This document shows, one piece after another, positions 39,063 to 52,569 of a stretch of 64,000 nt of DNA; within the stretch, counting starts at the first letter, position 1, and every line of letters starts with the position of its first letter. This DNA is from Octopus sinensis (lineage: Eukaryota): assembly GCF_006345805.1 (NCBI RefSeq), contig NC_043006.1, positions 94,736,001 to 94,800,000 on the forward strand. Direction: 5' to 3'. A program made the translations under genes and the position numbers. Below the pieces are notes generated by a model. That model saw only the letters and a program-made list of their open reading frames with translations, was not told the origin of the DNA and did no database searches.

Positions 39063-40718
39063 TGTATTATTTTTTAATATAAACATGTCTATAAAGGGAC
39101 TTTTCCCGTACTAAATTCACAGCTTTTCGCTTTTCAACTACAGATGCACGTCTAATAAATCAGTAAATTTTCAATGTGAGTGTGTGTAAAACAATGAGAA
39201 GATTTACAAAAGTAGTTAAGAAACAACATGGGTCTACAGACAACCAAGGGCATGTTTCCTTTTATAAATGGAAGCGTAGTGTTGAGAAACATGTATTGAG
39301 AACTACAATGAGTAGAAAAGAAATATATTTTAAACATTTTAAATTTCTAAATATCTCAGAGAGATATGAGCGGTGGTGGAACGATAGAGCGGTTGTATAC
39401 TGTCAACTTAACGTGACAGTACCGTAAAGGGAATCACACCACCGCTATTTAGCCCTAGGAAGCATCGACGCTTCCTGTCGGCTTTGACACATTTCCTGTG
39501 TCCTCATATTTACGAAGGGGAGACAAGCACCCCCAACAGCTAGGCCTGCATCTAGAGACATGAATATTTAAATATATTTTAAATTTGGAGAAAATAAGTT
39601 TAGCGCAAGCAAACAGACATGCGTTATGTCTTGGAAAACCAATACGGTAACTTATAATAATATAATAACTGTCTATTTGACAGTAATGCGTAAACAGAAA
39701 CTTTCTTCCATATGTATACACCATTAGATATATAATTATAAAATGTCGTTATTTGTAATTAGTTTTGTATATAGCATTATTAGCTTCTAAAATTAAGTAT
39801 GTAAAATCAGATTAAATATTTTCTCGTCACTTAAATTAAATATACATGCATGTGTGTGAGTATACATACATAATACATACATATATGTGCATCTATGTAT
39901 AATTACCCTTGTACATATTTATGTATAACTATATGTACATATATACATATGCATGTGTGTAGTACACATATACATATGCATTTAAGTATTTAAACATACA
40001 TGTATGTATATATATAATATATATATATATATATAGATATATATATATAAGTATATATATATATATATATATATCTATATTTATATATGCGCGTGTATGT
40101 ATGTATGTATATGTTATAGACACTTTAGATATAGCAGGTAAATTGAATTAAAATTATCTTTCGGAAATTAAATAAATGTTTCCATTATTTTCTGTTGCGC
40201 TAAAATAAATACTGGATGCTGGGATTAGTTAACGAAAATAATTTCCTGAACCATAAAGAAACATAAATTAATGCAAATATATGAAATAAACGGTACCCCC
40301 ACCCCACATCATTACAATTCTTCCGCATTTGTTAAAAAATCATTTCAGTCGCTCCATTGGGATCATGATAGTGTGTGCCGACCGTGAATAGCTTGACATT
40401 TTTTTAGCACATGTTCCGTGGCCATTCCTCTTGTCCGATATCCGTTTGCCTGGTGTGTATTATCTGTACTCTATCTACATGTATATAGACACATACACAC
40501 AAGTGTGTGTATGTACAATGTCATGGCGATATATTTATAGCTGTAACTGAAAGTATGCAGTTAAACAGACTGGCTGTGTGCCAACCACATGGTTTCGGGT
40601 TCAGTCCCACTGCGTGGCACCTTGGGAAAGTGTCTTCTACTATTGCCTCGGGCCGACCAAAGCTCTCGCTTAGTTTTTTTGTCTTTATGTCATGCCTGTC
40701 TCTACTTTACAATGATTG

Positions 40719-40750
<32 letters not shown>

Positions 40751-40944
40751 TGCAAAATGTGCCATGGTGCAGTGCAGCGGGATCAAACCTGAAATTACAA
40801 GCCTCATCATATTTGACATACATATTTCATGCATGCTAACATCTTTTACTTGTTTCAGTCATTAGATTGCGGCCAGATTGGACACCATCTTGAAGAGTTT
40901 GTCTTTAAGGCGCACGAGTTGAACCTTTGACTTTTCCAAGCCAG

Positions 40945-41595
40945 GTATAAATATCGATAAGATCGTTAATTTAAAATAAAATAACGATTTTATCAAGTGG
41001 CCAGCATGGAAAAAATAACCGTCAAAGGTAATAATTATTAAAATTATAAATTAGGGTATCTACGATATACCACCATGCTGAAAATAGCAGTCATGATCTG
41101 ACTCTAAAACCACCTTAATTGTCCATATCGCAAACACGGAGAGAAAACAAAGAGACAATATAAAGCTAGTAAAAAATTACTGGATAATTCTAGATCCCGG
41201 ATTTCTGACTTTGCATATAGGAATGCTTTGCCTCGTCAGTAGAATACACACAGAAAAGAAACATAAATACATATATATATATATATAAATACAACATACG
41301 AATACTTACATATACGAACGTATACATACACATATATGCACGTATGCATCATGGCCAATTCAAAATGCCCGCCGTTTAATTCCATGTGAGATATTGTTAA
41401 AATATCACCGCAGTAAATACAGTGACGAAATAAATTTAAATTTATACAAATAAGGATAAGATCGTTAATTTAAAATAAAATAACGATTTTATCAAGTGGC
41501 TAGCATGTAAAAAATAACCTTCACATGTGGTTTTAGAGCCAGATCACGGCTGCTATTTTCAGCATGGTGGTATCTCGTAGATTGCCTAATTTATA
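40945..41595 (-). mobile_element. Ribozyme-bearing partial-tandem plus inverted element
   Basis: ~70-bp direct repeat at ~40950 and ~41455 (~505-nt period). Inverted repeat at ~41046-41113 / ~41527-41595. Confidence 0.8.
41188..41244 (-). ncRNA. Type I hammerhead ribozyme
   Basis: ttcta-CTGACGA-ggc..gcat..atgc..gtc-a-GAAA-tcc g gga-TC-tagaa. Confidence 0.75.
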
Positions 41596-42372
41596 TATAT
41601 ATATATATAATTTTATTCTTCTCTTTTTTTATGTTTCAGCCAAAGGCTGTGGCCACACACACACACATATAGAAGGGGCTTATTTCAGTTTCCCTCTACC
41701 AAATCCACTCTCAACGTTTTGGTCCGTCAGAAGCTATAGTAGAAGACACACAGTGGGGCTGAACTCGGAACCATGTGGTTGAGAAGCAAACTTCTTACCA
41801 CACAGTTATGTCTACGACTATATCGTTCAAAATTTCTCTGGAATATAAAATGAATGAGCATACATACTATGAAAATAAAGCCTCACTTATTTAAATAATA
41901 CACACATTAGAACTAAATATATATATATATAAATAAATTATATATATTAAATATATATATATATAGATAAATAAATTATAAGGAATAAATTACATTTAAA
42001 CTTTTGACCTTAATGTCAGAAATATTCTCATTTCTCATTAAATGGTGATTTGCACGTGAAACCAGGACAAGATTTACGGGCAGCATAACTTGATGTGATC
42101 ATTGTTCCATTGGTGATTCCAGATCTTTCGAAATAGTAATGAAGATTAAATTACTGAATTCACATGATGTTTCTCTTCATAGTTGTGTAGGCACAAACAT
42201 AGTTTTTGTGGTTTAGGGTTTCTATTGTCAATCATGTGGTTTCCGTGTGCCGCTCTGAGTATGTGTTCCGGCTGAGAAAACCATCGCATGTGAATTTGGT
42301 ATATATAAATGCATACCCATACATATCTACCTACCTACCTACCTACCTACCTACCTACCTACTACCTACTAC

Positions 42373-42440
<68 letters not shown>

Positions 42441-42570
42441 GTACACAGCATTCTCCATTTCTGCATGTCTGTCTCTTTCTCTACCACACATATGAGTGTA
42501 CATATATGCATATAGTCTATAAGTATGTATACATAAATATGTATATGTATATATATATTTACATACATAA

Positions 42571-42604
<34 letters not shown>

Positions 42605-42646
42605 GTATCGAATGAAGTAAATGAAAAACAGGACGCAAAGGATTTT

Positions 42647-42739
42647 ACGGTACATATGTTTCGGGCTTTATTGAACAACTTATTCTTATATCAATGCATA
42701 ATTGATATAACAGATAGATCAAAAGCCTTCTTCAGCCGC
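42647..42739 (-). ncRNA. Type I hammerhead ribozyme
   Basis: gcgg-CTGAAGA-a-ggcttt..aaagcc-c-GAAA-catatg-TA-ccgt. Confidence 0.85.
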
Positions 42740-42886
42740 GTACATTTACCACACTAAGGACATGTGGAGTCTCGCAATACCACGTACGCCTATGAGGATT
42801 TACTTTCCTAATGAAACTCGGTTTTTCTCAAACTATTTCTCAAACCTGTTATAATGTGATACATGTCCTTAGTGTGGTAATTGTAC

Positions 42887-42979
42887 GCGGCTGAAGAAGG
42901 CTTTTGATCTATCTGTTATATCAATTATGCATTGATATAAGAATAAGTTGTTCAATAAAGCCCGAAACATATGTACCGC
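42887..42979 (+). ncRNA. Type I hammerhead ribozyme
   Basis: gcgg-CTGAAGA-a-ggcttt..aaagcc-c-GAAA-catatg-TA-ccgc. Confidence 0.88.
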
Positions 42980-43164
42980 AAAATCCTTTGCGTCCTGTTT
43001 TTCATTTACTTCATTTGATACATATATCCTATCACCTATGCCAATAGCTGGCATATACAGGTGCTTACATTTATCAAGTATTCACCCTGAATTTATTATA
43101 TATATATATATATACATATATACTGGTACATATGCATATATATGTAAGTAGGCATATATGCCTC

Positions 43165-43203
<39 letters not shown>

Positions 43204-43482
43204 GTTTGTGCATACCCACACTAATATACATTAATTTTGACAACGAAAAGGTTGACAGTGAGTCCAGCGTTTCACCTTGCTTGCCTTCATCAAATGTCTG
43301 ATAAATGTGTGCAAGCTGAAATTTTGAATTCATTGTGAAACGGTAGCTTGTTAAATTAAATATGTACCCTAACAATAAGTGATTTTATTATTACCCACAA
43401 GGGGCGATACCCTAACAATAAGTGCCGAGGAAGTCGTGTGTTTAAAGTTAGTTTGTATTTATAACAACATTAAAAAGAAACA

Positions 43483-43661
43483 GACGTGACTGTGTGGTAA
43501 AAAGCTTGCTTCCCAACCACATGGTTCCGGGTTCAGTCTCACTGTGTGACACCTTGGGCAAATGTCTTCTACTATAACTTTGGCTTGTGGTGGGTTTGGG
43601 TGGAAGAAGGAAACTGGCAGAAGCCGTCATATGTATATATGCATATAAATTTATGTGTGTG

Positions 43662-43732
<71 letters not shown>

Positions 43733-43935
43733 GTGTGTTGTGATTGTGTTTCTGTGTGGTCCTCCCACCATCGCTTGCCAACCAATGTTGGTGTGTGTAC
43801 GTCTCTTTAACTTAACGTTTCACTAAAAGAGATCCGATAGAATAAGTCCTGGGGTGAATTTGTCGACTAAAAGCAGTGCTCCAGCATCGCCATAGACAAA
43901 TGACTGAAACAGCTAAAAGAACAAAAGAACAAAAG
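43483..43935 (+). mobile_element. tRNA/CORE-like SINE, diverged full copy
   Basis: Head, CORE-like segment, microsatellite and tail. Confidence 0.85.
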
Positions 43936-44182
43936 AATGTGAGTGTATGTGTGTGTGTGTGTGTACGCACATTTGTTTTGGTATCTGTCACACATGTGTG
44001 TGCGCGCGGCTAGGTGTGTATGTATGTTAACTTTACATTTATTTTCGATGTAGAGACATAATGCTGTCGCAAATATTTTAATGTTTTGTATTGAATTTAT
44101 CGATTTGTGTATTTATTTCTGTCTGGTACTTACATTATCGATATTTAGTTATCCACCTCTCATTTACGGGATATCTAAAGAC

Positions 44183-44500
44183 TCCGCCGGTTACGACGAC
44201 GAGGGTCCCAGCTGATACGATCAACGGAACAGCTTGCTCGTGAAATCAACGTGCAAATGGCTGAGCATTCCACAGACACGTGTACCCTTAACGTAGTTCT
44301 CGGGGATAATCAGCGTGACACAGAGAGTGACAAGACTGACCCTTTGAAATACAAGTACAACTCATTTTTGCCAGCTGAGTGGACTGGAGCAACGTGAAAT
44401 AAAGTGTCTTGCTCAAGGACACAACGCGTCGCCGGGAATCGAACTCACAACCTTACGATCATGAGCCGAATGCCCTAACCACTAAGCCACGCGCCCTCAC
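44183..44500 (-). mobile_element. tRNA-derived SINE, second family
   Basis: - strand A box tggcttagtggttagg, B box gagttcgattccc and CORE-like gtccttgagcaagacac. The 3' part is shared with 47400-47560. Confidence 0.85.
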
Positions 44501-44639
44501 TACGGGATATATGCCAAACAACATCGACATAGAAATGGTGTTTTTTGTTTCCTTTTGCCTCTTTTGCAATACGTACTTCGGGTTTAGTCAATGGATCTTG
44601 CCCTCAGAATGTTTTTGTTTTATTATTATGTATGGGGGT

Positions 44640-44860
44640 CAAGGCTATGAGCTGGCAGAATCATTTACACGCCGGGTGAAATACTTAGAAGAATTTCGAC
44701 CGTCGTTACGTTCAGAGTTCAAATTCCGCCGATGTTGACTTTGAGTTTTTTATCCTTTCTGGTTCGGAAAATTAAGTACCTGTTGAGGGCTTGGGTTGAT
44801 GTAATCATCTACATCCTCTCCCAAATGTCAGACCATGTGCTTAAAGTAGAAAAGATTATT
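44640..44860 (+). mobile_element. Meta-domain-type SINE, diverged
   Basis: gagctggcagaa..gagttcaaattccgcc..aattaagtacc. Confidence 0.7.
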
Positions 44861-45956
44861 ACGTATGGGTCGTGGATAATGTGTCCTGCTTGAAAATGCA
44901 GTCTCAAATAAGATTGCCCGAAAGACCAGCAGTCACCAACAAAGCAAGCCAGACGCGTCTACACGTACGTTGTTGCTGAAAAAAGAGCCAAGGACTCTTA
45001 ATGCTAGTTTCTTTACATGATTTAATAAAACTACATTGAGGAAAATGTCAGTCTACTTTCGGGTCCTATTCTGATTTTCGCATAGACCGGCCGAGTGTCT
45101 GATTACTACTGGTATAATTTGTTTCCCGACATAGATTTATGAACGGTGTAAGCTGAACGGTATGGAATTTGAACCAATAAATAATGGAAGCAAAATGTAG
45201 TTGAACGAATATTTCTTTTGTTTTAAGTTCTAATGATTTCGGCATCGACAGTTCTACAGGCAAACATGCGCACGCTCACATACATGTATGATCACAGGCA
45301 CTTACAACACGGACGTAAAATACTGGATGTTTAAAAAGGTTGCGTATTTATGTATAAACACAGACACATAGTCACATATATACACATATACATACACATA
45401 TACCTGTATGGATATATATTTATAGCTATGTATATAGCTGTATATGCATGTATATATATATGTATAATATATATATATATATATTATATATATATATATA
45501 TATATGATAGATACACACACACACATACAGACGGGGACATTTATTATACATGCATATATTGATATATTCTTATGTGACGTGTGTGTTACGTGTTTGCGTG
45601 TGTTTGTGTTTGTGTGTGTGTGTGTGTGTGCGTTGTGTGTGTTTGTGTGTGTTGTGTGTATGCGTGTGTAATGTAGAATTGAAACTCAGAAAGTGAAGAG
45701 TCGGAACAAGTCCCGGAAGGGATTTTGCCCACTGTTCTAATGATTTTGCCATCGAAAGCTCTAGAGACAGTTTTAAGCACGTATGCATAAACACACATAA
45801 GCATATAAATATGTGTATACTTTAAGTGTGTGTATATATACATACATACATAAATACATACGTACATATATATATATATATCTATATACATAGATACATA
45901 CATATATAATATACATATATATCTATATTTATACATACATACATAATATATAATAT

Positions 45957-46007
<51 letters not shown>

Positions 46008-46761
46008 AATATATATATATATATATAGGTATATATATAAACATATAGATATATACACCATACACACACGCACCCTCGCATTGTCATAACCGTTTATACA
46101 TGTGAGTTGGTGATACGAAGTATGACAGAAATGCAGGAGAAACGAAAGAGAGGAGGAAAATTGTGAGTGAGAGAAAGAGAACGAAAGAAAGCTACAGTGA
46201 TATTATAAAAGAGTGGGGCGAATTGAGAAGTACTGGAATCATAGCAATACTTTGGATATTAACATCAATGAAATGAATATAGGAACATAATATGATTTTT
46301 ATAGGACATCTGGTTTATCTGTCAATAAGAAAGGCCATGAGGAACATGTTATCATATTTCGATGTGGTATGCTCAACATCTGCTGGAAGACAATTTCACC
46401 ATAAAAGATGAGAACATAAAAGTAAAATAATTCAAGTAATTGTTTGGAAAATATATAGAACAGACGCCAATAAACACGCGTACACACACACATATGCACT
46501 CACAAATACGCACATACACATATATATGTATGTGTATAATATGAACGTGTTTATATATGTAAATATCTATTTATCTATTTATCAATGGTTTTCCTCTGAA
46601 GAATTTAGGAATATTGAGAGACGTAATAAAAATCATTTTTAAGGGCTGGTCATCGGAATATTGAAAACTGGCCCAGCAGCCACTTTTCAATATTATAAAT
46701 CTAACAGATATATTAACTCAATATTTTCCCCGCAAAGCCTTATCTACTTCCAGTTCCACCG

Positions 46762-46808
<47 letters not shown>

Positions 46809-47176
46809 CTAGCAGTATCGCCCGGCGTTGCTCGGGTTTGTAAGGGAAATAACTATATAAGCATTTTTAGAGATGTAAAGTATAATAGCCATTTCAATAT
46901 GGCTACCCACAAGGGGGGGGTGTTACTGTAGCTTTTTATATTCTGAGATTTAATAATAAATTTTTAGAGAGTTACTTCCCGTATATATGTCAAAAATGCA
47001 TAAAAAATGGGAAAAATTGATGGTAATTTTTTTTTTAATCGTAAACTCATCATACACACGCGCTAATACCTATAAGATACCCGGTTTTGGTTAAACTGCA
47101 CCGCAAAATGTGGGAGTAGTTAGGAATCTAAATCGTAGGAAACAGACAGCACACAACCTTACTTTTATATATAAAG

Positions 47177-47177
<1 letters not shown>
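46809..47177 (-). mobile_element. Non-autonomous Helitron carrying a MITE-like segment
   Basis: Reverse complement of the 21571-21970 family; TC and CTAG termini. Confidence 0.8.
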
Positions 47178-47210
<33 letters not shown>

Positions 47211-47399
47211 TATATATGTTCATACATACATGTTTTTTGTTATGTATTAATATATATACGTATGTATATATGGTTTCTATGAATGAATCACCATTATGGT
47301 TGTTTGGAACCTTACAATAGGGGTTCCAAATGTATTTAGATGTTCAACCAGAAACAGAGATCATCAGGGAACACCTTTTGCACTAAACTACAGTTAACT

Positions 47400-47752
47400 C
47401 GTGTCGAGGGTTCCAGTTCATCCAATCAACGGAACAGCCTGCTCGTGAAATTAACGCTCTAGGGGCTGAGCACTCCACAGACATGTGCACCCTTAACGTA
47501 GTACTCGGGGAGATTGAACGTGACGCAGAATAGGATAAGGCTGGCCTTTTAGAAATATATGTACGACAGAAACAGGAGGAATGAGAGAAAGCTGTGGTAA
47601 AAGAGTACAGCAGGGTTGCCCTCCACCCCTGCCTCGTGGAGCTTTTAGGTGTTTTCGCGAAATAAACGTTTATAACACCCGGCCTGGGAATCGAAACCGC
47701 GATCCTGCGACGGCGAGTCCGCTGTCCTTACCACTGGATTATTGCGCCTCTC
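47400..47752 (-). mobile_element. tRNA-derived SINE
   Basis: tRNA-like head (cagtggtaagg..ggtttcgattcccagg); the tail is shared with the 44183 family. Confidence 0.75.
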
Positions 47753-47889
47753 CTACAGTTAAATATATTTATATGTGTGCAAGTAAGTATGTGCGTGTGC
47801 GTGTATCTGCTAATATACAGTAATCCCTCGCCATATCGCTGTTCACGTATCGCGGTTTATTATTTAAGCCGTGTATGTTTTTATTTTAC

Positions 47890-48900
47890 TGGAGAGTGCA
47901 GTGTGTATCGTGAGAGAGCTAGAAGTATTGTTAGATTTCTCTTGTTGAATTTATTTCTGTTACTGTTTTGGTGTTGTTACAACACACGTGCTGCTATTCG
48001 TAGACTTGTTTTTCGGGATTTTCCCCCTTCTAAAGGGCGAACCATTAGTTTTTGTTTATTTTTGGAAAAAAAAAACATGTGTAACGTTAGCTCAGTAAAC
48101 GCCCACCAAGGCGAACTTGCAGAATTACTGGACGATACATTCCCGGAGTTACCGAACACCAATGAAAAGCATAATGTACAAATGAATACAGGACTATAAG
48201 AAAGAAATAATGTAAATTCCACAGCAGTAGCTACAATTAATAAGCGAAACTATAAACATAAATATCAACGAATTGATAAATACAAATGCTTCTTACCAAA
48301 GGAGAGGAACGATGTAAAGCTGACGCCACCAAACGATGTTACACACACAACTAAAAGGAAGACAATAATTTATAAGACATTTTCGGTGAAAAAACCCCAA
48401 AAACATGGTTTTAAGGAAGCAATAGAGAAATGTCTCGGCCTATCTGGCAAGAGTCAACGTATGTGTCGAGAGGCAAAATATTCGCGACTGTTGAAGTCCG
48501 GTTTCAAAGAGAGGAGAAAGCAAGGCAACATTCTACCACTTCACTGAAAACAGCAGACCTGGCTTTCTTACCAATGTACCTTGGAAGATGTACTTCCAAT
48601 GTAAAGGTGGGGGAAAATCCACCGGAGGTGGATGTTGCCTGGCTTGTAGCAGCTATTTGCTTGGAGGATAAAATTACTATCCCCCAAGTCACAATGTACA
48701 ACCAACAGTACTGGCAGGGGCAGGGACCTGAAATGTTAAATTAGGCTGCCCCTATGGATTTGGAAGAAATTGCAGATCAAATTTTCATTGTGGATGAGGC
48801 TACAGTATAGATTCTTTCTCCTATACACACAACTGGTAAGTTCGAAGGGTGGAACAATGAATGATAAAAGAGAGCACTAATATTTTGGAGAGGTTTGCCA
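47890..48900 (+). pseudogene. Second decayed gag-like ORF1 relic, homologous to 15595-16975
   Basis: IFATVEVRFQREEKARQHST..YLGR aligns with KFATVQVRFHSEELARQFST..YLGR; N-terminal DDTFPELP aligns with DVDFPTLP. Confidence 0.6.
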
Positions 48901-49028
48901 AACCTAACGTCGAAGACAATTTAAATCTTATCGATACCACCCACTGGATATTTAGTAGGGCCATTGCTCCCATTTAGGGATTGGTCCTGGTACATTTTGT
49001 CAGTGACCACAGGATGATAACAGGTAAA

Positions 49029-49266
49029 GCTTAATTAGTCGTGGATTGAACACAGAAAGTAAGCAACTGAAAACAAACTAAATAAATAAAATTCAGCTAC
49101 TATTTTGAGTCGGATGCTCTAACAATTCTACAACCGTCCACGAACGACATGCTTAATTAGTCGTGAGAACACAGAAGTACGCACTGAAACAAACTAAATA
49201 AATAAAATTCAGCTACTATTTTGAGTCGGATGCTCTAACAATTCTACAACCGTCCACGAACGACAT
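49029..49266. repeat. ~120-bp tandem duplication
   Basis: gcttaattagtcgtg..ccgtccacgaacgacat occurs twice; the second copy has small deletions. Confidence 0.9.
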
Positions 49267-49428
49267 GCACGAATACATGTGCGTACTCGCACTTCAGCAT
49301 ACTTTTATCTATATAAGCATGGGCGTGCGTGCATTTGTATACGTGTGTGTGATAATGTTTTTGCAAGGAATTATATATTACAGAAAGAGAAAGAAAAACA
49401 GTCAGGTATGTATGTAGGTATGTCTATT

Positions 49429-49521
<93 letters not shown>

Positions 49522-49524
49522 ATA

Positions 49525-49568
<44 letters not shown>

Positions 49569-49780
49569 GTCTGTCTGTCTGTATGTCTGTCTGTCTATCT
49601 TGCTAGTTAGAAAGGTATGTTGTTAAATGTTTGAAATACGAGACTAAAAAACACAGCCAACATCCGATGAAGGGTCATTCTTTATGTTGTTTCTTTTGGT
49701 TTCCATTGTGTCTTTCGTTGTTCCAAGAATAGTTCATGTTCCATGTACTCGTGCTTTGTACTTTTTTGCTGCCCACATAT

Positions 49781-49816
<36 letters not shown>

Positions 49817-50002
49817 TATATATAATATATTATATATATATATAATATGATATATATATGTATATATATATGTATATATATATGTATATATATGTTAATT
49901 ATATATGTATTATATATGTATGTATATATATAGGTGTAGAAATATAATATGTGTATATATATATATATATATATAATACATATATAATTATGTACATATA
50001 TG

Positions 50003-50263
50003 ACTGACCATGGGATTGCACCTAGAAAGTTACCCTCCGAGGCACAAGTCCGAGTAAGGTTGTTTGTGGAAGGTCAGTAGTCGTCCATGCATACCAGCCT
50101 CTCTTCTTCACGCCACTGGTGTTATCCAAAGAAAAGGCAAATGCCGATGCAGCTTGGCACCAGTGATGTCGCAACTCATTTCTACAGCTGACCAACGTGA
50201 AATAGAACTCACAACCTCGCGATCGTAAGCTCGACGCTCTAACCACTAAACCATGCGCCTTCA
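50003..50263 (-). mobile_element. tRNA-derived SINE
   Basis: - strand head ggcgcatggtttagtggttagagcg..gagttctatt. Confidence 0.7.
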
Positions 50264-50265
50264 CA

Positions 50266-50310
<45 letters not shown>

Positions 50311-50370
50311 TACATATATATTCATATATACGTATATATATATACACACACATATATATACACATACATA

Positions 50371-50449
<79 letters not shown>

Positions 50450-50619
50450 ATATATATATTATATATATATACAAACATATATTTAGATACATATGTATAT
50501 ATATATATACATTACATAGATACATTTATATCTCTCTTTATGTATATATTCTATATCTCTCTCTCTATCTTTATATATCTCTCTATCTATATATATATAT
50601 ATATATATATATAATTATA

Positions 50620-50802
50620 TTCTTTACTACCCACAAGGGGCTAAACACAGAGGGGACAAACAAGGACAAACTCGTACTTAATTTATCGACCCCGAAAGGA
50701 TGAAAGGCAAAGTCGACCTCGGCGGAATTTGAACTCGGAACGTAACGACAGACGAAATACGGCTACGAATTTCGCCCGGCGTGCTAACGTTTCTACCAGC
50801 TC
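50620..50802 (-). mobile_element. Meta-domain-type SINE, internally deleted
   Basis: Reverse complement of 51432-51661. Confidence 0.85.
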
Positions 50803-50805
50803 TAT

Positions 50806-50865
<60 letters not shown>

Positions 50866-51431
50866 TACAGAAAGGGAAAAAGAGAGGAGATGAACTGGAA
50901 AAAAGAAAGTGATTTATAGAGAAAAGGAGGAGAGTTAAACGCAAGATAAGGAAGCATACCAATAGTTTGGATAATACCATCAATGAAATGAATATTGGAA
51001 CACAATATGGCTGTTATAGGACATCTGGCATATCTGTCAATAACAAAGGCCATGAGAAACACGTTATCATATTTTGAAATGATATGCTCAACATCTGCTG
51101 GAATACAGTTTCACTCTGAAATATATGGACGAAATCATAAAATGATTGGCGCAAGGGAAAAACGAAAGCCCCAAGAAATTGATTCTTATAAATAAATAAA
51201 TATATAAATAAATAATTAGATAAGTAAATAAATATATATATGTGTGTATGTATGTATGTATGTATGTATGTATGTATGTATGTATGTATGTATGTATGTA
51301 TACACGAATACATATGTGTAGTATATTTCATATATATGTACCCAAATGTATATAAATATATATCTTATATATAATTACATTTCTTATAGTAATTCCTGAG
51401 AGTACTGTTGGGTGCACGGCTGCTACTGAAG

Positions 51432-51661
51432 GTGGCGAGCTGGCAGAAACGTTAGCACGCCGGGCGATATGCGTAGCCGTATTTTGTCTGCCGTTACGTT
51501 CTGAGTTCAAATTCCGCCGAGGTCGACTTTGCCTTTCATCCTTTCGGGATCGATTAAATAAGTACCAGTTACGCACTGGGGTCGATATAATCGACATAAT
51601 TCGTTTATCTGTCCTTGTTTGTTCCCTCTGTGTTTAGCCCCTTGTGAGTAGTAAAGAAATA
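51432..51661 (+). mobile_element. Full-length Meta-domain-type SINE with a 14-bp TSD
   Basis: gcctttcatcctttcgggatcgattaaataagtaccag core; TSD ggctgctactgaag at 51418-51431 and 51662-51675. Confidence 0.9.
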
Positions 51662-51979
51662 GGCTGCTACTGAAGAGTTCTCTACTCCACATTGCGTGTC
51701 ATCATTCCGTTTGTTTCCAGTTCAGTGTTTTTTTTTTTACTGCTGCACATTCGTAGCATTACTGTTTATGGTATAGAGAGCAAAATTAGCTGAAGTTATA
51801 GCCACACAAAATGAAGTTCATCGTATTTTTTCCCTTCTGTGTTACCACGGTGGCGTAAATAACGTAACAGCAATGTTGTTTAAATCGCTTCACGCGTTAT
51901 CATTTTTGAAACATACACATATACATAATGTACGTCTGTCTGTTTGTATATATGTATATATATATACACACACATATTA

Positions 51980-52027
<48 letters not shown>

Positions 52028-52179
52028 GGTGTGTGTTTGTGTGGTGTGTGTCTGGGTGTGTGTTCGTTTGTATGTGCTTGTATACATAGCCATACTTCTC
52101 GTAAAATGTTTGATGACAAGAATGAGGTGTGAAAGAGATATCTTTAAATAAAATAATCATTTCTACTATAAACAAAGGG

Positions 52180-52420
52180 CCTTAAACTTTTGGGGGTGGG
52201 GGTGGGACAGTCGATTATATCGGCCCCAGTACGTAACTAGTACTTAATTTTTCGACTTCGAAAGGATGAAAGGCAAAGCCGACCTCGCGGAATTTGAACT
52301 CAGTACATAGCGGCTGATGAAATACCTCTAAGCATTTTGCCGATGTGCTAACGATTCTGCCAGCTCGCCGCCTTGTTTTTAATAAAATAAACCTTTCTGT
52401 GATAGGCACAAGGCCTGAAA
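52180..52420 (-). mobile_element. Meta-domain-type SINE
   Basis: Same head and core on the - strand. Confidence 0.75.
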
Positions 52421-52510
52421 TTTGTGGGGAGGGGGTATATACATACAATATATATATATTGTATATATATATGTATGCGAATGTGTGTGCATATATTTAT
52501 ACACACATGC

Positions 52511-52541
<31 letters not shown>

Positions 52542-52569
52542 TGTATGTATGTATCTATCTATCTATCTC

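Larger units (their letters stand above)
42601..43026. mobile_element. Ribozyme-bearing palindromic element
   Basis: Near-identical arms 42601-42764 and 42862-43026 with a ~97-bp spacer. Confidence 0.9.

Noticed and set aside
42429-43054. Peptide YVSNEVNEKQDAKDF.. encoded on both strands
   Set aside because: A by-product of the DNA palindrome; the conserved feature is the ribozyme fold, not a protein.
44420-47752. tRNA genes at SINE heads (e.g. 44420-44500, 47675-47750)
   Set aside because: A and B boxes are present, but they continue into SINE bodies and no convincing cloverleaf could be built.
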